15,336 bases of DNA from a virus (IMGVR_UViG_3300028585_000002:1-15336), one strand, 5' to 3'. Counted from the stretch's first letter, positions 7,244-15,298 are shown. Numbers and translations: made by a program. The notes: generated by a model from the letters alone, not told the origin.

Positions 7244-8349
7244 TGAGCAACCACGCCAGCTATTCCCGCGACGAGGAACTGCAGGAGGCGATCGACGCCA
7301 TCGACATTGAGTCGTGGCTCGACGCCGAGGGCGTGCGCTACCGGCATACCCGCGGCGCACGCGGAGCGCAGCTGAACGTCAAGGAGTGCCCTTGCTGCGG
7401 CAGTTCCAGCTACAAGGTGTACCTGAACGCGGAAACCGGGCTGGGGAACTGCTTTCATGGCGACTGCGAGACCAAGTTCAATAAGTGGAAGTTCATCAGC
7501 GCCCAACTGGGCCTGGCTGCGCGGGACACCATCGAGCACATCAAGTCCTACGCGCGCGAACAGGGCTGGCGGCCGCCGCGCAAGCGCGCGATCGCCGTGA
7601 ACAACCGCGGCGAACTGGTGCTGCCCGAGTCGATCCCTATGCCGCACGGTGGTCGGAACCTGAAATACCTGGACAACCGGAACATCAGCGGCGACATCGC
7701 GGCGTATTTTGAGCTGCGCTACTCGCACCGGGGCCACTTCGATTACCTGAGCGAAGAAGGCCACCCGATGCGCCAGGACTACGCCAGCCGGATCATCATC
7801 CCGATCTACGATCTGGAGGGCGAACTGGTGTCGTTCCAGGGGCGAGACATCACCGGCAGCGCGGACAAGAAGTACCTGTTCCCGCCTGGCTTCTCGTCGA
7901 CCGGCAGCCACCTGTACAACGGCTACAACGCCATCGGCGTCGAGCATGTCGTCATCGGGGAAGGCGTGTTCGACGTGGCCGGCATCAAGGTCGCGTTCGA
8001 CCAGGAGGTGACGCTGCGCGACACGGTGCCGATCGGCTCGTTCGGCAAGCACCTGTCGCACGGTGATGCGGACAGCCAGCTGACCAAGCTGACGCTGCTC
8101 AAGGAGAAGGGCCTGAAGATCGTCACGTTCATGTGGGACGGCGAGCGCCAGGCGATCCGTGACGCGGTCAAGGCAGCGCAAATGGTGGCCAGCATCGGCA
8201 TCAGCGCGCGCGTAGCGCTGCTCCCAAAGGGCAAAGACCCTAATGAGGCGGCGCCCGAAGAAGTCAGGAACGCATTCTGGAAAGCGACCCCGATCAACAA
8301 CGCCAGCGCCACCAAGTTGTTGCTGATCGCCGAGCGGGATTACGGTTAG
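7243..8349 (+). CDS. DNA primase (Zn finger plus Toprim)
   Basis: CPCCG...GNCFHGDC zinc finger, FQGRDI, VIGEGVFD and FMWDGE Toprim motifs; coupled to helicase (TAATG). Confidence 0.9.
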   Translation: MSNHASYSRDEELQEAIDAIDIESWLDAEGVRYRHTRGARGAQLNVKECPCCGSSSYKVYLNAETGLGNCFHGDCETKFNKWKFISAQLGLAARDTIEHIKSYAREQGWRPPRKRAIAVNNRGELVLPESIPMPHGGRNLKYLDNRNISGDIAAYFELRYSHRGHFDYLSEEGHPMRQDYASRIIIPIYDLEGELVSFQGRDITGSADKKYLFPPGFSSTGSHLYNGYNAIGVEHVVIGEGVFDVAGIKVAFDQEVTLRDTVPIGSFGKHLSHGDADSQLTKLTLLKEKGLKIVTFMWDGERQAIRDAVKAAQMVASIGISARVALLPKGKDPNEAAPEEVRNAFWKATPINNASATKLLLIAERDYG

Positions 8350-8363
8350 GACGGCAACGCGGA

Positions 8364-8407
8364 TAAGTCACCGGTGAGCACTCTATCCGGTGTCTCATCG
8401 GTATGAT
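8364..8407 (+). promoter_or_regulatory. Operator motif TAAGTCACCGGTGA with TATGAT -10 starting 38 bp after motif start
   Basis: Motif 8364-8377, TATGAT 8402-8407, upstream of the WGR-ligase operon. Confidence 0.65.
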
Positions 8408-8443
8408 TCATCTATCGACAGCGCACAGTAGCGCGAGGGAAAA

Positions 8444-8896
8444 ATGACTTTTAGCATCGAAACAGAGTACTTGGAGCACAAGGGTGGGACTAAGTTCTAC
8501 GAGACCGTCCTGATCAAGGAAGACGACGGGCCGGGCCTGTTGATCAAGCGTTGGGGCGCCATCGCCCTCAAGAACGGCGGTGGCAAGATCAAGTACGACC
8601 GCGGCATGCACAGCATCTGCACGACCGAGCGCGACAAGATCCTGCGCGAGAAGCGCAGCGCCAAGGGCGGCTACGAGAACGCCGTCAAGAGCGGCGCACT
8701 GCACACCTGGCACGGCAACAGCATCACGGCCGCGCAGCTGGCGGGCATGAGCAAGCACCACTACAACGCCGACGTTGCAGCTTACCTGATGGACTACTTC
8801 GGGATGAACGGCACCGCGGAGGTGGTCAACGAGGCGCCGCCGGCGCGCGAACCCGAGAAGCCCATCGAGCGCGGCGAAACGTGGGGGAGCTGGTGA
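8444..8896 (+). CDS. WGR-domain-like protein
   Basis: GTKFYE...IKRWG...G..K...KILREK...KGGY follows the WGR-domain pattern. Confidence 0.7.
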   Translation: MTFSIETEYLEHKGGTKFYETVLIKEDDGPGLLIKRWGAIALKNGGGKIKYDRGMHSICTTERDKILREKRSAKGGYENAVKSGALHTWHGNSITAAQLAGMSKHHYNADVAAYLMDYFGMNGTAEVVNEAPPAREPEKPIERGETWGSW

Positions 8897-9123
8897 TGGA
8901 CACGACCCGCACCTACACCACGATGGAAACCATCGAGCGCAAGGCCATCGAGAGCCTCCTGGGGCGCATGACGCCAACGATGGGGCCGATCATCAAGCGC
9001 CAGCTGATTCGCAGCCTGGCCAACGGTATCGCGATCATGGCAGCGCAGAAGAAAGAAATCGAAGAACTGGAACAGTACGCCGAACAGGTCGCCGCCAAAG
9101 GCAGTGACTGGGGCGCTTGGTAA
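8896..9123 (+). CDS. Hypothetical protein (75 aa)
   Basis: TGATG overlap with previous gene, GGGGAG SD, MDTTRTY...WGAW. Confidence 0.75.
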   Translation: MDTTRTYTTMETIERKAIESLLGRMTPTMGPIIKRQLIRSLANGIAIMAAQKKEIEELEQYAEQVAAKGSDWGAW

Positions 9124-9137
9124 ATGAAGGAGCGAAC

Positions 9138-9812
9138 ATGAAAAACAAACCGATCACGCACGACACCCCGTTCCCGCCAGAGGCATCGGCCGGTTCGAAC
9201 AATGCCTACTACCTGCACCACTGCGCGGCGCTCGAGCGCGGGCCATCGTACGCCGCATGCCTTTCACGGCTGCACGACATCGACGGCGGCCGCAACAATG
9301 AGCGCACGTCCGAATGCGAAAAGACCCTGCGCGAAGGCCGCTGCGCCGCCGACGGCATGCGTGAGCAAGAGAAGCTGGCCGGCCAGGCGCTGTTCTACTT
9401 CCCGCGCCTGAAAAACCCGCACCTGCCGGTGTCGGTGGCGGGCGACTTCGGCGTGCTGATTACGAACCACACGGACCCTGCGCTGATCCCGGCGCAACCG
9501 AAGCCCTTCGGCACCCGCACCACCAGCTTCAGCAAGCCCACAGCGCCCGCCAAGACGCTCGACGACCACCTGACAGCAGCGACGACCAGTGGCTTCGCAG
9601 AAGCGATCACCGCGGCTGTAGCAGAGGCCGCCGACGCACCGGCGCCAGCACCCACGCCGGCGCCAGCACCGACGCCAAAGCCGACGCCAGCACCGGCCCC
9701 GAAGGTCGTCACCGCCGGCCCGCCGCCCAAGCCCGCGCGCCCGCCGATGCTGGCCGGCGAAACCCCTTTGCAATACGCCCGCCGCCTGGCGGCAACACCT
9801 ACCCAACCGTAA
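9138..9812 (+). CDS. Hypothetical protein, Cys-rich N-domain plus Pro/Ala linker
   Basis: AAGGAG SD before ATG 9138; four Cys in the N-half; (PA/PT)n linker. Confidence 0.8.
   Translation: MKNKPITHDTPFPPEASAGSNNAYYLHHCAALERGPSYAACLSRLHDIDGGRNNERTSECEKTLREGRCAADGMREQEKLAGQALFYFPRLKNPHLPVSVAGDFGVLITNHTDPALIPAQPKPFGTRTTSFSKPTAPAKTLDDHLTAATTSGFAEAITAAVAEAADAPAPAPTPAPAPTPKPTPAPAPKVVTAGPPPKPARPPMLAGETPLQYARRLAATPTQP
9639..9674 (+). repeat. Tandem 18-bp coding repeat CCGGCGCCAGCACC(C/G)ACG
   Basis: Two near-identical copies plus degenerate ones, encoding PAPAPT. Confidence 0.8.
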
Positions 9813-9821
9813 CGAGAAACC

Positions 9822-11225
9822 ATGAACTCCAACGAAATTTTCGACCTGATCGAACAGGTCGCGGCAACCCCCGGCAAGAACGACAAGATTGCGCTGCTCA
9901 AGACCCACGCTGGCGATGAAACGCTCAAGCGCGTGCTGGCTGCGGCCTACAACCCGCTCATCAGCTACGGCATTCGCAAAGTGCCCGAGCGCAAAGCGAA
10001 CGACGACCCTGCAGGCTGGGAGTTCGACGAGGACACCTTCACGCTGCTGAGCAACATGGCCGCGCGCAAGCTGACCGGCGGGGCCATGCTCGAGGAGGTC
10101 CAGAAGCAGGTGAACGTGATGTCGGCCAAGAGCACCGACCTGCTGCGCCGGGTCATGCTCAAGAACATGCGTGCCGGCTTCGACGAGGGCACCGTGGGCA
10201 AGGTGTGGCCAGGCCTGCTGCCGGTCTTCCCGTACATGCGCTGCTGCCTGCCGAAGGACGCGAAGCTGGAAGGCTGGAACTGGGCCGAAGGTCAGATCAG
10301 CCAGGAGAAGGCAGACGGCATGTTCATGAACGTGAACCACGAGGCCGGCGGCACCGTGTCGATCTACAGCCGCGCCGGCTCGATGTTCCCGATGGAGAAG
10401 TTCGAATCGCTGGCGGTCGCGGTGCGCGGCACGCTGGACGAAGACACGCAAAGCCACGGTGAATGCCTGGTGCTGCGCGATGGCGTCGTGCTGCCGCGCG
10501 AGGTCGGCAATGGCGTGCTCAACAGCGTGCTCAAGGGCGGCGACTTCGAAGCGAACGAGCGCCCGATCTTCCTGGTCTGGGATCAGATTCCCCTGTCGGC
10601 CGTGAAGGCGAAGGGCAAGTACGAAGTCAAGCAGGTCGAGCGCCTGTCGGGCCTGATCCGTCAGCTGCAGCGCAGTGTGGGCGGCGTGGTCCAGCTGGTG
10701 CCCACTCGGATCGTGCGCTCGCTGGCTGAAGCGTACCTGCATTACACCGAGCTGCTGGCGCAAGGCAAGGAAGGCACCATTCTCAAGAAGCGCGACGCCA
10801 TCTGGAAGGACGGCACCAGCAAGGAGCAGGTCAAGCTCAAGCTGGAGTTCGAACTGGACATGGAAGTGCAAGGCGTGGTGCTCGGTCGTGACGACACGAA
10901 GAACGCCGGCCGGGCCGGGTCGTTGAAGTGCGCGACGAAGTGCGGGCTGCTGGAAGTGGACGTGGCCATCAAGGGCGAGGCGATGCGCGACGACGTGGAT
11001 GCGAACCCGGACAACTGGATCGGCGCGATCATGCCGGTGACGGCGAACATGATCATGCGCCCTTCGGAATCGAACAAGCTGCACTCGCTGTTCCTGCCGC
11101 GCTTCACGCAGAGCACCCCGCGCGCCGACAAGACCGAAGCGGACACCCTGGCGCGCGCATTCGCAATCGAAGATGCGGCCAAGCTGGGCGAGAAGATCGC
11201 TGCTGAATGGAAGGAAGCGGCGTGA
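9822..11225 (+). CDS. lig: ATP-dependent DNA ligase (T4-like)
   Basis: Motif I QEKADG, HGEC, FLVWD, EGTILK, KLK and a C-terminal OB region (SLFLPRF). Confidence 0.95.
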   Translation: MNSNEIFDLIEQVAATPGKNDKIALLKTHAGDETLKRVLAAAYNPLISYGIRKVPERKANDDPAGWEFDEDTFTLLSNMAARKLTGGAMLEEVQKQVNVMSAKSTDLLRRVMLKNMRAGFDEGTVGKVWPGLLPVFPYMRCCLPKDAKLEGWNWAEGQISQEKADGMFMNVNHEAGGTVSIYSRAGSMFPMEKFESLAVAVRGTLDEDTQSHGECLVLRDGVVLPREVGNGVLNSVLKGGDFEANERPIFLVWDQIPLSAVKAKGKYEVKQVERLSGLIRQLQRSVGGVVQLVPTRIVRSLAEAYLHYTELLAQGKEGTILKKRDAIWKDGTSKEQVKLKLEFELDMEVQGVVLGRDDTKNAGRAGSLKCATKCGLLEVDVAIKGEAMRDDVDANPDNWIGAIMPVTANMIMRPSESNKLHSLFLPRFTQSTPRADKTEADTLARAFAIEDAAKLGEKIAAEWKEAA

Positions 11226-11572
11226 CGATCTATCGCTTCGAAGTAGAAATCACTGGCGCGCCGCGCGCCACTGCAGACGACACCCGCGACGAGACCGCCG
11301 GCGCGATCGAAGACTTCATCGAGAGCCATCGCCCGGCCGGCGCCATCAGTGTCGGCGAGCTGGTCGAGATCGAAACGATGCAGCTGATCGGCATCAAGGA
11401 AGGCCGCGAGGTCGATCTCGGCGACATGCCGCTGTCGCCCGAAATGAAGATGCGCGAGATCGCTCGCCAGTACGGCAACCCGGACGATGAAGACGACTAC
11501 CCCGCCGGCGTCGCGATCGGCGCCATGCAAGACCTGATCACCTGGATGAAGCAACAAGGAAAACTGAAATGA
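11222..11572 (+). CDS. Acidic hypothetical protein
   Basis: GTGA overlap with ligase stop, AAGGA SD; 24 D/E in 116 aa. Confidence 0.75.
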   Translation: MTIYRFEVEITGAPRATADDTRDETAGAIEDFIESHRPAGAISVGELVEIETMQLIGIKEGREVDLGDMPLSPEMKMREIARQYGNPDDEDDYPAGVAIGAMQDLITWMKQQGKLK

Positions 11573-11961
11573 AATTCACCGTACCAATCAAGATCGACGC
11601 CGAGAATGAGGAAGCAGCGCTGCGCGTGCGCAACATGATCGAGCAGGAAATCGGCGCCGCCTTCGAACTTGACTCGCAGGACATCAAGGGCGTGGAGACC
11701 GCGCACACTGGCGACCTGGAGCTGGAGGAAGACCCTCACGACAAGCCGGCCATCGAAGCAGCGCGCACGAAGCGCGGACAAGAAGGCGAGATCGAGATCG
11801 ACGACAACGCGAAAGTCTCGTACAGCGCCGATGGCGGCGCCTACGTCGCAGCATGGGTCTGGGTCAACGACAACGAGATCGCCGACGCCGGCGACAGCAA
11901 CCCGGAGACGGGCGCCGGCATGGAAGAAGCAGTCGAAAGCGAAGGTGGCCACTGTGACTGA
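11569..11961 (+). CDS. Highly acidic hypothetical protein
   Basis: ATGA overlap, AAGGA SD; EIEIDDNA.VS...GAYV.AWVWV motif; 33 D/E in 130 aa. Confidence 0.8.
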   Translation: MKFTVPIKIDAENEEAALRVRNMIEQEIGAAFELDSQDIKGVETAHTGDLELEEDPHDKPAIEAARTKRGQEGEIEIDDNAKVSYSADGGAYVAAWVWVNDNEIADAGDSNPETGAGMEEAVESEGGHCD

Positions 11962-12139
11962 CGCACAAGTTCAAGCGCTGCGCGCGACGATGCCCTGGAC
12001 CGAGCGGGCCTACTCCAACGGCCGGCACACCATCATCCAGGTGATCGACAACCAGGGGCGCGAAGTGCCGCTGCTCACGCTGGTGCCGTTCATGGTCGCC
12101 ATCAGTCACAAGCTGGTCGTAAAGGAGAAGGTCGAATGA
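11954..12139 (+). CDS. Hypothetical protein (61 aa)
   Basis: GTG start with AAGGTGG SD; fills the gap between overlapping neighbours. Confidence 0.65.
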   Translation: MTDAQVQALRATMPWTERAYSNGRHTIIQVIDNQGREVPLLTLVPFMVAISHKLVVKEKVE

Positions 12140-12372
12140 ATCTCTGGCGCCACTACAAGGGTGACATCTACGAAGTCCTGACGTTCGACGCGAAGAACGA
12201 AAATGGCTGCCTGACCGTGATCTACAAGCCGTGCTACCACGGCGCCGAAGCGCCGATGTTCACCCAGCCGCGCACGCGCTGGTTTGAACAGGTCGATCAC
12301 GGTGGAGTAAAGGTCGACCGCTTCACTCCGGTCAACCTGGCTGACCTGGCCACAGCGCCAGCACCGCAATAG
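12136..12372 (+). CDS. DUF1653-like protein
   Basis: WRHYKG..YEV......V.Y....P...F.E.V...G...RF pattern. Confidence 0.75.
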   Translation: MNLWRHYKGDIYEVLTFDAKNENGCLTVIYKPCYHGAEAPMFTQPRTRWFEQVDHGGVKVDRFTPVNLADLATAPAPQ

Positions 12373-12396
12373 GCCCTGTAAACGGTTTTAACATTC

Positions 12397-12405
12397 TGCT
12401 ATGCT
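12397..12405 (+). promoter_or_regulatory. Extended -10 promoter TGcTATGCT
   Basis: In the intergenic gap before GGAGG SD and ATG 12424. Confidence 0.5.
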
Positions 12406-12423
12406 TGGGCGCTGGAGGAAACC

Positions 12424-13086
12424 ATGCCATCGCTCAAGCACCTCATCGCCGGCACTGCCGGCGTTTCTCATTTATCGCAATCCCCACTTTGGGACCAGGA
12501 CGTGGCCACAATCACGCCGTCCCAGCTCATCGCATTCGTCGCCAAGCATAAGCTGGCCTGCCGGGCCGACGAAGCGGAATCCAGTGTCGACATCGCCCTC
12601 ACGCAGATCACGGAAGCGGTCAAGCGCGGCGAAATCCCACGCCCGCCTATGCTCGACTACCGCAGGCCCAACTTCATCGTCATGACCCAGACCGAGCTAC
12701 GGCGCGGCCTGGCGTTCATGCGACCCGAGCAGGCGTACGCCATCATGTTCGCGTTGGAGACCGGGCTGTCATCGCAAGAGGTGGCGCGCCTGAAGCACAT
12801 CGACCTGCACAGCCTGCGGCGCGAGCGCCGATTGTCCGACCTGGCCAACGCCTGTCTCGAGCGCATGCCTCGCCACATCGTCTCGCCGTACGTGTTCTGG
12901 CGTCCGATCCAGAAGAATGGCCGCACCGTCACCGCATCAACGCCGATCATGGACCTGGACGAAGCCGTGTTCGACGCCTTCGGGTTGGTGTGGGGCGAGT
13001 TGGAGCAAGGCTACGCGAATTTGATCTATACGCCGGACGAAGACGAGGTCGACGGCCCTCTTTTCGATCTGATGTTTGGCCGTTGA
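12424..13086 (+). CDS. Degenerate tyrosine-recombinase-fold protein, predicted inactive
   Basis: FALETGLSSQEVARL resembles box I with Ser at the catalytic Arg; ITPSQLIAFV resembles the core-binding helix; no HxxR. Confidence 0.6.
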   Translation: MPSLKHLIAGTAGVSHLSQSPLWDQDVATITPSQLIAFVAKHKLACRADEAESSVDIALTQITEAVKRGEIPRPPMLDYRRPNFIVMTQTELRRGLAFMRPEQAYAIMFALETGLSSQEVARLKHIDLHSLRRERRLSDLANACLERMPRHIVSPYVFWRPIQKNGRTVTASTPIMDLDEAVFDAFGLVWGELEQGYANLIYTPDEDEVDGPLFDLMFGR

Positions 13087-13175
13087 CGCGAGTCTGTTGG
13101 GATGCAACAATGGCCTGTTCATAAGTCGTTGATTATCCACAAGAGACAGCGGATTGCAAAGCCGTTGACGCGAGT
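13079..13175 (+). repeat. 15-bp direct repeats GCCGTTGACGCGAGT (13079-13093, 13161-13175)
   Basis: Exact duplicate, starts 82 bp apart. Confidence 0.9.
13133..13141 (+). promoter_or_regulatory. Perfect DnaA-box consensus TTATCCACA
   Basis: 9/9 match, single copy; function unproven. Confidence 0.35.
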
Positions 13176-13194
13176 TTAGCCAGGGAGCGGCCCA

Positions 13195-14256
13195 ATGCGG
13201 GTAGAGAAAGACCTCAATTCCATCGTCGCGCGCCTCGAGGCGATGCTCGGGAGCAAGCCAGCGCCGGCGCCGGTCAGCCCACACAAAACGCTCTCCAAGC
13301 TCATTCGGGCCTACCTGAAAACGGTGGCCGTGTCAAAGTCGGACAAGCTGCTGCTGAACACGCTGCTCGATCGCATCGGCGAGGTGGAAACGGCGGCGCT
13401 GAACTACGAGTGGACCGAACGGTGGATCGAGAACATGAAAGTGGTCGAGAACCTGAACCCGTCCACCATCCGTCATTACGTGGGCGCGCTCGGGCGCTGT
13501 GTTGACTGGGCATTTCGGAAAGGGGTGTTGACTACCCCGCAGAACCCCATTAGACAGCTGCCAAAGAGCTATGCCCAGTACACCGACAGGGATGCAGACG
13601 TGGCCCGCTTAGCGAACCCCGATTTCGTCGAGCAAGAGGATGACGAGCGGGACCGCAGGCTCGAGCACGGTGAGGAAGAGAAGATCCGCTGGATTCTCGA
13701 TCGGAACAAACCGGAAGGGCGCCAGCGGCCTATGGTGCTTGCTCACCAAGGCGCACTGGAACTGCTGTTTGACTTGGCGCTTGAAACGGCCATGAGGATG
13801 CGTGAGATATACACGCTGACCTTGGACCAGGTGGACTTCGAACGCCGCACGATCTTCCTGGACCGGACCAAGAATGGTGACAAGCGACAGGTGCCCATGT
13901 CGAGCACGGCGGCCGAGCGCGTCAACGCCTACCTGGCGCACGTAGCTGCCGGCGAACGGGGAATGGGTGAGCATGCCTTCCCAGGAGGTCGGCTGTTGCC
14001 ATGGTGGGACGGGAAGGCCAATTCGCTGACCAGGACGACCGCGATGCTAAGTCGCCAGTTCGGGCGGATTTTCGACGCGGCCGGCTGTCCGGACCTGCGC
14101 TTTCACGACCTGCGCCACGAAGCGACAAGCCGATTCTTCGAACGAACCAAACTGCAGGACTTCGAAGTCATGAAAATCACAGGTCACAGCTCGACGAGGA
14201 TGCTGCGGCGCTACAGCAATATCCGAGGAAGTACGCTCGCCGACAAGCTTTGGTAG
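13195..14256 (+). CDS. int: Tyrosine recombinase/integrase
   Basis: Full catalytic set: ETAMR (R), RTKNG (K), HDLRH (HxxR), TGH (H), RRY (Y); AGGGAG SD. Confidence 0.95.
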   Translation: MRVEKDLNSIVARLEAMLGSKPAPAPVSPHKTLSKLIRAYLKTVAVSKSDKLLLNTLLDRIGEVETAALNYEWTERWIENMKVVENLNPSTIRHYVGALGRCVDWAFRKGVLTTPQNPIRQLPKSYAQYTDRDADVARLANPDFVEQEDDERDRRLEHGEEEKIRWILDRNKPEGRQRPMVLAHQGALELLFDLALETAMRMREIYTLTLDQVDFERRTIFLDRTKNGDKRQVPMSSTAAERVNAYLAHVAAGERGMGEHAFPGGRLLPWWDGKANSLTRTTAMLSRQFGRIFDAAGCPDLRFHDLRHEATSRFFERTKLQDFEVMKITGHSSTRMLRRYSNIRGSTLADKLW

Positions 14257-14308
14257 CTGCAAATTGCAAACCCAAATCATTATCCATGAGTGGTAAGGAT
14301 CATGAGTA

Positions 14309-15295
14309 TCAATGGTTTGCATTAAAATACTTTGCTTCCAGCTCTTCCTTCATACTTTGAACAGAGAAAATATAATTCAGAACGTGAAAAGCTTCATCTT
14401 CAATGTAGGAAGCCAAGTAGGAAAGACTCTCTTCAATGCTGTATCTATAATAACTATGAACAAGAATATTGCGGATGTCATATAACATCCCAGACTTATT
14501 TATTGAAGTGTAGTAATTATCGTCTTTTAAGTCTTCAAAGATTTTTTTTGCTTCGATTGCGAGTGACGCGTCATTTCTATCTAGGCCCATTTCCGCATAA
14601 AGCACTGCGATAAGTTTCCCTTCAGAAGAATAATCGTCAATCTTTTTTCTTATGATGCCAAGGTGACTCCTAGTTATTTTAAGCTCATTGACTTTTTTAT
14701 AAAAGAGCATCTCCATTGCAAGTTCATAGATCTGATAAAAGAACATGAATCTTGCATAGCCATTTCGTTCAGCTGGAAGTAAGTCATCTACTAGCAACTT
14801 GAAAAAACCCACAGCAGAATCAAAGTTAAAACCTTTGGTGATTACTAGTTTGCTTCCAATTTTTGCCTTATATTCGACGCTCGCAATCGATGGAAACTTA
14901 TAGTATGGATAAACTCCATACAGGAGAAATGATAAGGATAATTCGCCATCAGACTTCACATCCGTAGTACTAAGAATGCGCTTGCTATACACAAGAACAT
15001 AAATACTCTCATCGAGCTTCTTCCCAATGAGAAATTTCATGGCCTCATAGACATGTTTCCTAAAATATATATCATCAGCATATTCATGTTCCGAAGAAAT
15101 CATCGAAATGACAGGAATCAACCACCCAATACGTCGCTCTGATTGATTCCTAATATATACCTGAGCAATTTCCTTCTCATCGGGTACGGATTTGGTGTAG
15201 AGCTTTACAGCGTAAGGAATTTGTACTGCAGGTAAGGCATCTTCCCGATACACTAAAGGCACACTTTCGTCCGAGAGCGTTATCAATTCAGCCAT
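14309..15295 (-). CDS. HEPN-motif protein, putative defence RNase (low-GC cargo)
   Basis: FFYQIYE upstream motif and RNILVH (R-x4-H); AT-rich; GAGG SD. Confidence 0.7.
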   Translation of the reverse strand: MAELITLSDESVPLVYREDALPAVQIPYAVKLYTKSVPDEKEIAQVYIRNQSERRIGWLIPVISMISSEHEYADDIYFRKHVYEAMKFLIGKKLDESIYVLVYSKRILSTTDVKSDGELSLSFLLYGVYPYYKFPSIASVEYKAKIGSKLVITKGFNFDSAVGFFKLLVDDLLPAERNGYARFMFFYQIYELAMEMLFYKKVNELKITRSHLGIIRKKIDDYSSEGKLIAVLYAEMGLDRNDASLAIEAKKIFEDLKDDNYYTSINKSGMLYDIRNILVHSYYRYSIEESLSYLASYIEDEAFHVLNYIFSVQSMKEELEAKYFNANH

Positions 15296-15298
15296 GAA

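Larger units (their letters stand above)
1..14256 (+). mobile_element. Temperate phage / phage-plasmid-like region (tail end, lysis, replication, recombinase); left end lies outside the window
   Basis: Co-oriented, often overlapping genes for endolysin, holin, spanins, PhoH, helicase, primase, ATP-dependent ligase and tyrosine recombinase. Confidence 0.9.

Noticed and set aside
5310-8451. Two operator-proximal genes both start ATGACTTT, resembling a half-site
   Set aside because: Only two cases of a short match; plausibly chance
9264-11084. 606-aa minus-strand ORF (likewise 1601-2887, 6047-7360, 6943-8181 and most of 3153-4442)
   Set aside because: Antisense shadows of strongly codon-biased high-GC genes; no motifs, and they fully overlap confident + strand genes
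5743-12366. 14-mer CAGCGCCAGCACCG at 5743 and 12353, and related APAP-coding sequences
   Set aside because: Explained by Ala-Pro linkers and codon bias; no positional logic
13121-13134. ATAAGTCGTTGATT as a sixth operator
   Set aside because: Matches only ATAAGTC; lacks ACC and the correctly spaced TGA
14332-14613. 93-aa + strand ORF in the low-GC region
   Set aside because: Antisense to the HEPN gene, with no SD or motif
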